A DNA stretch of 39,579 nt from Chiloscyllium plagiosum (taxonomy: Eukaryota), in NCBI RefSeq assembly GCF_004010195.1, contig NC_057720.1, forward strand, positions 26,931,368 to 26,970,946. Direction: 5' to 3'. Positions 23,928 to 35,770 of this stretch are shown piece by piece (the stretch's first letter is position 1; each line of letters starts with the position of its first letter). Both the position numbers and the translations under genes were made by a program. The notes below the pieces were generated by a model. That model saw only the letters and a program-made list of their open reading frames with translations. It did no database searches and was not told the origin of the DNA.

Positions 23928-24400
23928 TAAAATATAGGAGTAGAATTAGGCCATTCAGCCCACGAGTCTGCTCCACCATTCAATCATGGCTGATATGTTT
24001 CTCAAACCCATTCTGCTGCCTTCTCCCCGTAACCCTTGATCCCCTTACCAATCAGAACCTATTTATCTTTCTCTGAAATGCACTCAATGACTTGGCCTCC
24101 ACAGCCCTCTGTGGCAATGAGCTCCACAGAGTCACCATCCTCTGGTGTAAGAAATTCTCCTCAACTCAATTTTAAAGGATTTTCCCTTTGTTCTGAGGCT
24201 ATTCCCTTGGGTCCCGGTCTCTCCTACTAGTGGAAATATTTTCTCCCCATCCACTCTATGAAGTTTTCTTGATATTCTGTAAGTGCAGACCCAGAGTCCT
24301 CAACTGTTCTTCATGTGTCAAGCCCTTCATCCCTGGGGTCGTTCTTGCAAACCTGCTCTGGACCTCCTCAGCACATCCATTGTTAGATACGGGCCCCAAA
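23928..24400 (-). mobile_element. CR1-type LINE 3' fragment (its tail was the target of the PLE mini-insertion)
   Basis: Homologous to 283-655; tail CCATAAAATATAGGAGTAGAATTAGGCCATTCAGCCC. Confidence 0.8.
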
Positions 24401-24532
24401 CTCCAACAATACAGAGACAATATCAAGCAGGATCAAGTTGTGGACCTGGAGGACAGATGGGTGAGGAGTCATCTTATAAGTAAAACGATTGTCTTCAAAT
24501 ATATTATCAATGGGCAGAATGTAGATGACATA

Positions 24533-24749
24533 CAGGCAGTCCCTGGGTAGTAAATAGGTTCTGTTCTAGAGTCTGCTTGCAAATTGATTTGTTTGCAAGT
24601 CAAAGCACAATTCAGGATAATGGAAAATAGACATTTGTAAGTATGGGAATGTTCACATATGAGGCTATTAAATTTAAAATCACGAATGGGATTGAGTTCA
24701 TAAGTAAGAGCTTTGATAAGTTGGACATTTGTAAATCGGGGAGCCCCTG
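24533..24749. mobile_element. Tigger-like MITE
   Basis: TA|CAGGCAGTCCCTGGGTAGTAAAT ... ATTTGTAAATCGGGGAGCCCCTG|TA; imperfect TIRs of about 23 bp, TA TSD. Confidence 0.65.
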
Positions 24750-24872
24750 TATAGGAGGAAGGTAAGGCCTAGGAACCCAGAAGTAATTGGGTGACAACAA
24801 GAGGTGTCAATGCTGGAGATTCTCTGACTAAGATTGTGTGGGTGAAACAGAAACTTGGCAAATGAAAATAGT

Positions 24873-25589
24873 TGAGGAGAAAGTGAGGGCTGCAGATGCT
24901 GGAGATCAGAGCTGAAAATGTGTTGCTGGAAAAGCGCAGCAGGTCAGGCAGCATNNNNNNNNNNNNNNNNNNNNNNNNNNNNNNNNNNNNNNNNNNNNNN
25001 NNNNNNNNNNNNNNNNNNNNNNNNNNNNNNNNNNNNNNNNNNNNNNNNNNNNNNNNNNNNNNNNNNNNNNNNNNNNNNNNNNNNNNNNNNNNNNNNNNNN
25101 NNNNNNNNNNNNNNNNNNNNNNNNNNNNNNNNNNNNNNNNNNNNNNNNNNNNNNNNNNNNNNNNNNNNNNNNNNNNNNNNNNNNNNNNNNNNNNNNNNNN
25201 NNNNNNNNNNNNNNNNNNNNNNNNNNNNNNNNNNNNNNNNNNNNNNNNNNNNNNNNNNNNNNNNNNNNNNNNNNNNNNNNNNNNNNNNNNNNNNNNNNCC
25301 CCACCTTGTCTCAGTCAAATCCCTTGAACTCAGCACCGCCTTCCTAAGCTGCAATCTTCTTCCTGAGCTCTCCGCCCCCACCCCAGTCTGACCTATCACC
25401 CTCACCTTGACCTCTTTCCACCTATCGCATTTCCGACGCCCCTCCCCCAAGTCCCTCCTCCCTACCTTTTATCTTAGCCTGCTGGACACACTTTCCTCAT
25501 TCCTGAAGAAGGGCTTATGCCCGAAACGTTGATTCTCCTGTTCCCTGGATGCAGCCTGACCTGCTGCGCTTTTCCAGCAACACATTTTC
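24873..25589. mobile_element. PLE family A insertion with inverted pseudo-LTRs (gap in the centre)
   Basis: Minus-sense tailed end 24873-24954, plus-sense end 25299-25589 with hammerhead core 25503-25530; TSD GGCAAATGAAAATAGT at 24857-24872 and 25590-25605. Confidence 0.9.
24955..25298. other. Assembly gap
   Basis: Run of N. Confidence 1.
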
Positions 25590-25987
25590 GGCAAATGAAA
25601 ATAGTGCCCTTGCAACAGAGTGTGGAGACATGAGAAGTGAATGGTGTAGTCAACCAATTCGCTCAGATAAATTGAGCGGGACAAGCAGGGTAATATATTA
25701 AGTTCAGGCAGCTAGGAATGTCTAAATATTAGCATGAAAAGAAAATGGCATTTTCATTCTCACTTTTTTATTATTCTCCCGACATTATCATCATCTTTGG
25801 AAGTGTGTCAAGGTCATTTTCCCATTGATATTTCTAACCTTCTGTCCTCTTGTAGAAACAATGACTCAGCACAATCCAATTGCTGAACTTTCCGGGCAGC
25901 AGTCATAGAGACTAACCCAGCAGCTGCCACACAGTTTGAGTTTGTGTGTTAAAAAAACCTGCTGCCCCACCACCCAGTGGTTGAACA

Positions 25988-26210
25988 AGAATTGTAGAAT
26001 CGCTACAGTGCAGGAAGAGGCCATTTGGCCCATCGAGTCTGCATTGTCTCTCCCTGAAAACTTGCATAAGATTTTTACTATGGCAAACAGACCAAACCTG
26101 CACATCCCTGGGCACTACAGGACAACTTTTAGCACGGCCAATCCACCTAACCCAAATATCTTTGTCTGTGAGAGGAAGACAAAAGGAGAATGTGCAAACT
26201 CCAGACAGTT
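25988..26210 (-). mobile_element. Decayed, 5'-truncated HE1-like SINE
   Basis: GGCCAATCCACCTAACC, GAGAATGTGCAAACTCCA; tail GAGGCCATTTGGCCCATCGAGTCT. Confidence 0.75.
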
Positions 26211-26277
26211 TGCCTGTTGCCTGCACTTAATATACACTTAACTACTGCACTTAATATAGTTACCAAAAGGTAACAAA

Positions 26278-26572
26278 TTAGAATTCCTACAGTGTGGAAA
26301 CAGGCCCTTCGGCCCAACATGTCACACCAACCCACCGGAGAGTAACCCATCCAGACACATTTCCTCTGACTAATGCACCTAAACTACACATCCCTGAAGA
26401 CTGTGGGCAACATAGCATGGCCAATTCACTTAACCTGCACATCTTTGGACTGTGGGAGGAACTGGAGCACTCTGATGAAATCCACACAGACAGTTACCCA
26501 AGTGTGGAATCAAACCCAGGTCCCTGGTGCTGTGAGACAGCAGTGCTAACCACTGAGCCATTGTGCTGCCCC
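26278..26572 (-). mobile_element. HE1-like SINE
   Basis: Homologous to 19278-19568, with tRNA-like head. Confidence 0.9.
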
Positions 26573-27454
26573 AAAGTCATCCAGTATTTCCATCTGAGCA
26601 TTAATTGGCATCTGTGGGACTGTGCTATTTTCCAGAGTTTCTCTCCTCTTGTTCTCCAATCTGAAGATATTGTGTGAAGGTCAGGAAAATAGCCAAACAA
26701 ACATTGAAAACACTGCAAGCTGATGTGGCACATTGAAGCTCTCTCACATGTTTTGTCTTGGAATCATGGTCAATTAATTCATCTGTAACAACCATTACAA
26801 AAGACGATTACAGCAACAATCACGGAGGGAAAGCAATTATATAGTATGAGTGCTGGCAGCCCAGGAAGAATTCTATCAGTTTGTATCATATCCTGTTAAA
26901 AAAAACAGGTGCAGATACAAATGATGATGGCAGCTCTTTTGCCTAAGCCAGAAGTAAAATATATGTGTGACTCACCGCCAGTGAAAGGGGGGCGGTTGAC
27001 AAAAGTTAATTGAAGTATAGTTTAAATCCAAGCACAAGATGTAGGATAGACAGTCTTGGTTTCGAGTAGCTTCCTCATTTATAATGTCTCACAATATTTT
27101 GCTTTTTAACAATATGACAACATATGACAATATGTCAGCAAGTCCAAAACCAAACAAACAATCAAGAGGTTGGTCAAGTGATAAAATCATAGTTTGATTC
27201 TTAATTTTTTTGGTCCTAGATTTTGTAAATGAAAAATATTTGAGGCAATTGTAAACTGATTAGACATTATCCACCTGTTGAATAGTTGACATTATGCTGA
27301 CTTCAGACTCATCAAGTAGTGGTACTTCATGAAGAAATCTGGAATAATCTAACTGCTGACACTATTTGGTGCATTGGACATGATTGACTGTTTGTAACAA
27401 TTGGTGTGCCGATCAACAAATCATTCACCTTATCTAAGTAGCAGCATAAAATTA

Positions 27455-27585
27455 AAACAAAGAACTCTGGCAGTGGGAAATCTGAAACAAAAACTGAAAT
27501 TACTGGAGAAATTCAGCAGGTCTGGAGGCATCTATGGAGAGAAATCAGAATTAATGTTGATCCAGTGATCCTTCTTCAGAACTTA
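27455..27585 (-). mobile_element. Old PLE end fragment
   Basis: CAGCAGGTCTGGAGGCATCT...CCTTCTTCAGAACT (reverse of CTGAAGAAGG); 15-bp direct repeat AGCAGCATAAAATTA at 27440-27454 and 27606-27620. Confidence 0.6.
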
Positions 27586-27877
27586 TAAAATCAAAATTAT
27601 AAAGAAGCAGCATAAAATTACCCTGTTAAGATTTGCTGACTCATGCTCCCTTTGGGTGTGCCTCACTAGGAACATAACAACCCTATTATTCCAAGCACAT
27701 GCAAATAATGCATGACTGTTAAAGCAAAATGCATTTTCATGCACATTTCTCAGGTGTCATCGTGTTGCTAGCATTCCAAACATGATGCAATTCTTCAAAG
27801 AATTAAAGGCAGAGGAACATCTGCTTACTGGTACAAACCACAGCATACAGTCATGATTGGTGCAATCTCTTAACCTT

Positions 27878-28033
27878 TGGATTCGTGGTGCTGGAAAAGC
27901 ACAGGAGTTCAGGCAGCATCCAAGGAGCAGTAAAATCGACATTTCGGACAAAAATCCTTCATCAGCTGCAATGCTTTTCCAGCACCACTAATCCAGAATC
28001 TGGTTTCCAGCATCCGCAGTCATTGCTTTTACC
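27878..28033. mobile_element. Fold-back PLE mini-insertion
   Basis: Minus-sense end with hammerhead core (CTGATGAAGGATTTTTGTCCGAAATGTC on minus) joined to a plus-sense tailed end; TSD TCTCTTAACCTTTG at 27866-27879 and 28034-28047. Confidence 0.9.
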
Positions 28034-29113
28034 TCTCTTAACCTTTGCACAAACTTGGATTCTTACTGAGCAAGTATTTGGAGAACAATGCAAAATGTGA
28101 GGACGATGGAGTTAGGAGGAAGAGGGTTTATAATTGCATGCATACTTAACCCCCTGTTTATTGCTGTCGATGCTTCACCATGGGCTTGGATGAGCAACAG
28201 AAGCAAGGCAAGGAACAGCAAAAGGATAATGATGTCCAGGAGCCATGAAGTCACAGCAAACAGGGCTGCTCTCAATGCCAAAGCGCTACTAGTAAATGTT
28301 TATAATCCCACAGATGAAAACAAATGTGCAAACCCTGTTCTACCAAGACCTGCATTGGCTTTCAAGTTTTCCATGTGTTATAATATTATTTTGTTTCAAC
28401 CATACCATAAGAAGTAGTCAGTTGAACCCAGAATCACCACTCAGAGATAGGGCTGACCTTCCAGCCAATGGAGTATGGAGGGGTTAAGAAGAAAATAATG
28501 TAAAATTCAAATGAAAAGAAACAAAATTCCAGAGCTCCAGTATGGAGCAAGACACTGGTTTAGAAGCATCTACTTCCGAGAACAGGAGGGCTCGACAGGG
28601 TGACAGCTGGTAGAGAATATAGAGAGATGTGACTAATTGGCACACAGCGCTTCCAATCTCCCTTAAGATCATGGAAGCAGATGGAAGAAGGCCAAACCAG
28701 GCACAGCATGAACTATTCGCTTTAGAAAGTGCAGAAATTGGAAAAGATCCCGCAGAGTGAGAGAATTACTTCAGCAGTGCAACAGACACAGTTATGTCTG
28801 ATAATTTGAAAAAAATAATAATTGCAGAGAAAAGAATTTCTCTTGAAGACAAAGGATGTTCTTATAAGTTTCAATTTCATGGGGCTCTGCGAGCAAAGTG
28901 GAACCTCACTCGAGACAAATTTGTATTATAAAATTGAGCATGTCGACACCAAACATGATTTTCAGCCATTTACAGGTTTTCAGAGGTTACACAGGTGACC
29001 CACAGAAGCCTTATTACATCTACTAAAATTATTTAATTTCATCATACATTCAACTTCACAGCTTTTTTTGTCACTTCCTTATGAATGACAGTGTTATGCA
29101 AAATGCAGATCAG

Positions 29114-29132
29114 TATATATATATATATATAT
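29114..29132. repeat. (TA)n microsatellite
   Basis: TATATATATATATATATAT. Confidence 0.9.
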
Positions 29133-31111
29133 GATTTGGCATTAGATATTGGGCTGGTTTTCTGAAGAGTGGCACAAATATTGCCACCTTGGTCCACTTT
29201 GTAATGAAATGGCAGGACATCGCTGACAGGAGATTCCAATCAGGGCTTCTTCAATAAATTGAAGCCATACTGCCATTCTGGCTGGTCCTTCATAGTGTTG
29301 AATGATCAAGAGAAGGAACACTAAGCTCCCTTTACACAGCAGTCATTCGTCATGTTCTGTAATTGAAAGGTCCAGAATTATAGACAGCCACTTTTACAGA
29401 GGCTGGGAAATGGTACACACAAATAAATGTGAGGTTTGGGTACTGGGAGTGTATGTGTGTGTGTTTGTGGAGGGAGGGGGCGCGGTTTATCGGATGCCAA
29501 GTAGGTCTTTGAAAAGATTAACAAATAAATAGAATGCCGGGTGGTTCGGGTGGCAAGCAGGAAGTAATAGGATTCCAGGTGAAGGAATGGGGAGTTGAGT
29601 CACAGATTGGGGAGGAGGGAAGTGTGGGGAAAGTAGAGTTTTCTGTCTAATAGCAGGAGAAAGGGAATGTGTCGAATCCTAAGAGAAGAGGGGACATTGG
29701 GTTCAGATCTGAGGTTATCAGGGCTCTGGGGGAGGCATGGTTGAGGTAACGCATGATGTGTGCTGAGGGGTCAACTGAACAGTTACTGACAAGTTAAACT
29801 AGATTTTTAATAATCTACCTTTGAATAACTATTGACTTAACTGCAGCACATTCTCAGATTTAAATGGCCACTCTCAGAGGGTTCCATGCCTAGAGGAGTT
29901 CCCAACGGAATTTTCAATATGCTGGGCAAATTTTGGAATCTGCTACAAAGGGGATTCCACGGGGTCCCAATACAGAATCATTATCTGTACTTCAGAAATA
30001 ATTACTTGGCCAATCAGAAAATCCAGGCCATTGTCCTTTGAAAGGTGGGTAGCAGTTTGTATTGTTGGTTGAAAGATTGCTTATGTACATTTACATTGGT
30101 GCATACATTTCTTAGCGTCATTCAGGTCTGACTGTTTTGCATTGTAAGATTTTTTACTTCCAAAATTTGTTCCATACAACTTCCCTGTTTTCAGTTACAA
30201 TTCGCTTGCAGTAACCAAAACAGGGAGGAGGGAATTCTGGTGAAGTTGCCGAATTGATTGCTGCTTTTGAGGGGAGGGGAAAGGTGCAGTATGGTGTCAG
30301 TGGAAATAAAAGATCTAGATCTACTGATACACATCCACATAAAATAGATTTCCACGTTATTAAATTGCAAACTTTCACAAATTTTCACATTTACTTTTAC
30401 ATCGATGTATATTCACATGTCTATTCCAAAACTGCAAGTCAGTAATAACATCAAAAAATGTATCTCAATCCAGCCCATTCTACACTGATAATGAATGATT
30501 GTGTAAATTGCATATAAAATCATCTAGTAATTGTTACAGGAAGTCACAGTGTTATTTCATGTGAGCAACTTGCACATTGCAATGCTTTTCCTCTGGTAAA
30601 TATTCTGCAAACAAGTGTAGAACAATGAGAATGTTCAATCAGCATAATTTTCTCTTTTCTCATTGAGAGTAATTCTGCAATTCTCAAATCAGATTTTTGG
30701 ATTCTTACTAATGTACAATATTCATTTTATGTTTATCCAGGCCACCTAATATTCTTGCTCTGGCTCTGTCTGCTTCACTAAAGAAGCTGTCACATAATTG
30801 TCATCTGCTGAGTCCTCCCTGCAACCATAAATCTAACTCTTCCAAGTCACCAGGGCAATAAATGATAAGTTATTCAATCAACTTAGGATGCATCAAACAT
30901 GTTAAGAAGACATGTTCTTGGCTGTTCCTTTCAAAAGGTGATATTAACTCAACAGAACACAAAATGTTTTCCCATGGTAGAGTTCCTAGGTCTACAAAGC
31001 ACCATAAGATGCCAACAATATGACCAACCAACAAATAGGTTTGGCTTTTGCTCTGACACTTCCTTGCCTATGCACTCTACTTTAACTGGTTCCTCTTCAA
31101 ACTCTGTAAAA

Positions 31112-31233
31112 TCATTTCCCAGAATACATATAGCCACAATGACGCTGGAAATACTTTGGAGAGAACCTGAGGATGCTCCCTTGTCCTGTATCACTAACAA
31201 TGCTGGTTGGTAAATCTTCCAAGTTCACAGTGC
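31112..31233 (-). CDS. Candidate terminal coding exon, unidentified
   Basis: Acceptor TCTTTCATGCGTCCTTTTGACCTGCAG, then TVNLEDLPTSIVSDTGQGSILRFSPKYFQRHCGYMYSGK*; no homolog recognised. Confidence 0.2.
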
Positions 31234-33169
31234 CTGCAGGTCAAAAGGACGCATGAAAGAGTGGTTCAAATTATGGGAACTTACATGGTAGCATCAGTAA
31301 CATACATCAGGTAAGTGGTCAAAGATTGAAATTATGGAAATGCATTGCTGAGGAACATGTTCCACTGCTATTGCCGGCAGGCATGGTACATTATTTATCT
31401 TTTAGACAGGGTGCTGGGGATTCCCAAACAGGGCAGACTTCCTTGTAAATAAATCCGCTTTGTCAGTTACTCAGCAAAGGTCGCTTACAATCCTGTACTT
31501 CCTCTTGGGCACAAGTATAGTATCATGCCTTCACATTGGTATGTTCTTTCTATTGACCTTGATCTTCATTTCTTTTTGCCCCTTGATTATCCTGTACAAC
31601 TTACACACAGATGTTAACCCTTCCTGCTTGCCAGGAAATTTATCGGGAAACGGATTTGCTAATGTCCAATGCTGATCCCATCATCTTTGAATTTAACCCT
31701 CTCATCTGGGCATTGAGGATGGATGCCGGTCTGCAGCTCGTATGGTCATTCTTAAAATGGGCAGATCATGCTCCTCTGATGTAATCAAGCCACAAATGTA
31801 ATTTAATCTCTTTGAGGAACCAGGGACAGCAGCTGACTGGTGGATGACTTAAAATTGCCTGAAACCCCACACCACAAGGGTCAGGTTAAGTTTGATGCTT
31901 GCTTTGTCACCCGATTCCCAGTGCTGGTTAAAATCAGAACTGTAATGTTTACTAAATTCCCTTCAGCTTTCAAATGCATAATCCAATCTGGGTATCTTGG
32001 TTTGACCTTAGATTGGCATAAACACAGCATAAATTATTCAATAAATCAATTACAGACATAATGACACACTTAGAACTTTACTTTAGTTGAAAGAAACCCA
32101 TTAACTATGTAATCACAGAGCAGTAAATCAACCCTTACACCAAAATGCAAGTGAATTATTGGTTCAATGGATCTTATTTCCAGGGAATAGCGTTCTGCTG
32201 CAATGGCACCCTCTTAAAATACTGACTGATTAAAGCATCAATGCTTCAGTTGATGTATCTCACTTTGTTTTTAATGCATTTGGTGCTTCTTGCAGTGAAG
32301 CACATCAGAAACAAATTTCAGAATCCAGCATTTCTCGCTCAAAGGTTAGAAGCTGGGTTACAGCTTCCCTGAAAAATACGTTCTACATTAAACACCTTTC
32401 TGAGCATGCCACTCTATGGGATAGGTTTTCATGGTCATATTCTGACTGATACAGGATTACCTGAATGCTGCAAATAGTGAAAATTTAGACAAGGAGAATC
32501 ATTTGACAATTCCTATGATTTTCCATCCATTTGGATGCAGTCTGCACCACCCAATTTTTCTCTTTTGCCACACAGGAACAGGAACATGGAAAAGCTCCCC
32601 TGTGGGGGTAAGGTGAAAATTATTCATGCCACACTAAATCTAGCATGTAAATTGTAAATGAAGACCTGAACTGACTTCAAAGCAGTGTGAGATTCCTTCC
32701 TTTGGGTCAATCTATGGCACTGAAATCAGATTGTTTCAAAAACGCAGATGTAGCAATTAAAATTTGATTGATTTGAACCTCACTTCTAACGCCCAGCAAT
32801 AATGTAGTTTAAATCACATCTATGGCCAGGAAGCACCACTCACACACATTTCCCACATCCTACCACTTTAACTTAGCTGTTGGGGTTACATATCAGGTTA
32901 CATATAGTCCAGGCACTCCTTGTACATCATTATCACACCCCTGTTACATTTTAACACAAGTGCCCTGCCCAATCTCAGATTAACCAGTAAAACCAAACAG
33001 GGTTGGTGCTGAGGGCTCCTGATGCTGTATAAATGAATGAGCACAGCTGTGTTTTACTGGATCACAGAATTTCTTTCTTTATGAATTACCAGGATTGTTT
33101 CCAACTCCCAGATTGCTAATCCCACACTTTTATTTTCTTACAAGCCTTTATTTAGCTTCTACTAATTAT

Positions 33170-33392
33170 TCTAGCAACCATGTCTGCTCTTCATTGAGTT
33201 ACTGTCCATATATCTACACTAAGACCACTTATTACCAACTCCATACCATCATCCATCTCTAGACCCCCTCAGTTTAGCAGCTGCTGAGACCCTCATCCAT
33301 GTCTTTATCCCTCTGGGCACAACTATTCCAATGCACTGCTGACCAGTTTCTCATCTTCAAACTTCCATAGATTCAACATTATCCAAACCTGG
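33170..33392 (+). mobile_element. Old L2 LINE fragment
   Basis: AAETLIHVFI...YSNALL...IQT, resembling the L2 ORF2 post-RT motif. Confidence 0.6.
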
Positions 33393-33397
33393 CATCC

Positions 33398-33992
33398 ATA
33401 ACTAGGGGACACTGTTTCAAGATGAAGGGATGGCCATTCCAGACTGCAGTGAGGATAATTTTATTTCTATCAAATACAATCCCTACATGGGGAAAGCATG
33501 CCATTTAGCCCATCAGGTCCCTCAGAAGAGTATCCCACCCAGACCCACACCCTCTACTCTATCCTATCCCTGTAACCCTGCATTTCCCATGAGTAATCCA
33601 CCCAGCCTGGGACACTATGGGCAATTTAGCATGGCCAATCCACCTAACCTACACATCTGTGGACTGTGGAAGGAAACCAGAACACCCGGAGGAAACCCAC
33701 GCAGATGCAGGGAGAATGTGCAAACTCCACACAGACAGTTGCCCAAGGCTAGAATTGAATCTGGTCCCTGGCGCCAATCACTGAGCCACTGTGCTGCCCC
33801 ACAAATAATTGTCAATCTATCAAGTTCACCAACCTACAAGGCTGAGATCATTTAAAATCTGAGGGAATTAAGAGACATCCAGATCATGGGAAACTGGAGT
33901 TGAGGTCAAAGATCAGCTGTGATCCTACTGAATAGCAGAGCAAGTTGAACAAGTTGTATGGTCTATTCCTGATCCTACTGCTTACATTCCTC
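33398..33992 (+). mobile_element. Old CR1 3' fragment interrupted by a SINE
   Basis: ACTAGGGGACAC...AAGGGATGGCCATT (TRGH motif) and tail GATCAGCTGTGATC...GGTCTATTCCTG. Confidence 0.55.
33470..33800 (-). mobile_element. HE1-like SINE
   Basis: GGGCAATTTAGCATGGCCAATCCACCTAACC...GGAGAATGTGCAAACTCCACACAGACAG...CTGAGCCACTGTGCTGCCCC. Confidence 0.9.
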
Positions 33993-34391
33993 TGCTCTGT
34001 CTTGACTCAACTCTTTGCGTAAAGTGTTAAGGAATTACCACACAGATTTTGTAATTTGTAACACTTTAGCCATGCCCTTGAGGAATGTGATAGGACGACA
34101 GTAAGGTATAATACCTACAGATGCCAGTGGTAAATGCTTCTGTAAGTTCACCTACATCAGGTGAAGTTAAGATCCTTTTCCAGCTCAGGATAAAAACACT
34201 CTGACAAAGCTTTGGATACCTAGTTGTTGATTTTGGGAGATGGGAGTATCGGAGTTAGCCATAACCTTTTGAGCTCACGTACAGCTCGAAAAGGGGATCT
34301 GAGTTGACTGTGAGGAGGAATGTCCACCATATCCATTGCCATCAAGTACTGGAGAGAACAGCAGCAGGCCTTCAGCAGGAACCAGTTCCCA

Positions 34392-34849
34392 TTAAGTCAC
34401 ATTCTCGAGATAACTTAACGATTTATAACAAAAGGTGACATCTCAGTTCAGACAATGCCTTAAAGTTGTGAGGTTAGAGTCTGCCTGTATCCCAGTCTTG
34501 AGTCAGATTGGATCTATTTCCAAAGTGGAATTTACAAAATATTACATGGATTGACTGCCTGCAGATTCTGCATTCTTTGAGCAAAATAGAATGTATTTGC
34601 AAATATAATTCTGCAAATGTAAATTCACCCCATAAACATACGTGTGTATGCAGGAGGGAGAGAGAGAGAGAGAGAGAGACAGGGTGAGTGTATGCATGTG
34701 AGTGTGCGTGTGTGAGTGTGATGGGGCATAAGCCTGTGAGAAGATGCGTGTGTGAGTGTGGGGTTGTATGTGTGAGCGTATAAGAGAGAGCTTTTATATG
34801 AAAAAGGGTCAGTGTGAGTATGTAAGAGTGTGTGTGTGAGTATGTAAGA

Positions 34850-34888
<39 letters not shown>

Positions 34889-35770
34889 TGTATAGTGTAG
34901 TGGGGTCACTTGTCGTGTGACATGAATACAAGGTCTTTGGGTTCATGTCAAACTACAGGTGACCCCACTACACTATATACTCTATTTTTCTCTCACACAC
35001 ACATACACACACTCACACAGACCCTCTCTTATACACAAGCTCTCTCTTATATTCACACACATACACCCCCCACACTCACACCCACGCATGCACCCTCTCA
35101 AAGGCTTATACCCCATCACACTCACACACACACACACACTTTACCAAGCTTGCACATATGCACACACTCTCTAATGTGCACTCACACTCACACTCACTCA
35201 CATGCACACACACTCTCTGTCTCTCTTTCTCATACACACACATATATGTTTATGGGGTGAATTTGCATTTGCAGAATTATATTTGCAGATACATTCTATT
35301 TTGCTCAAAAAATACAGAACCTCCAGGCAGTCAATGCAGGCAGTCACTCCAAGTAATATTTTGTAAATTCCACTTCGGAAATAAAACCTATCTAACTCAA
35401 GATTGGGATATAGACAGAGTCTAACCTCACACCTTTAAGGCATTGTCTGAGCTGAGATGTCACCGTTTGTTAAAAAACCTTAAGTTATCTTGATAATGTG
35501 ACTTAAAAGAAGTTCTAGGATTTACATATTAAAGAACCGAAACCAGCAAACCCATTCTAAAAGATGAAAGACTTAACAATCTAGGTTTATTCTTTGTATC
35601 GTTGCAATCTTTTCCTATAAATTCTGTAATTTACGGTCCTGCTTCACAACCACCTGATGAAGGAGCAGTGCTCCAAAAGCTAGTGCTTCCAAATAAATCT
35701 AATGGACAATAACCTGGTGTTATGTGATTTTTAACTTTGTCCACCCCAGTCCAACACCGGCACCGCCAAG
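34392..35770. mobile_element. PLE family B 3' region as a head-to-head inverted pair with internal (CA)/(GA) microsatellites
   Basis: 34392-34934 is the diverged reverse complement of 34936-35506; centre encodes the PLE ORF end GFMSNYR*; right copy continues to a hammerhead motif (35651-35685) and terminus. Confidence 0.85.
35651..35685 (+). ncRNA. Decayed minimal hammerhead motif, family B
   Basis: CAC-CTGATGA-A-GGAGC-AGT-GCTCC-AAAA (GAAA lost by CpG decay)-GCTA-GTG; CAC/GTG can form helix I. Confidence 0.6.

Noticed and set aside
24896..25450. ORFs of 132-168 aa
   Set aside because: Span the N gap inside a PLE
28063..28281. Hydrophobic, signal-peptide-like ORF
   Set aside because: TTG start, upstream stop, no convincing splice sites; low-complexity pyrimidine strand explains the Leu run
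30949..31200. 83-aa ORF with faint cadherin-like look
   Set aside because: In-frame TGA lies between the acceptor and the ORF; cadherin calcium-binding motifs absent
34625..35424. His/Thr-rich ORFs
   Set aside because: Translations of (CA)n microsatellites
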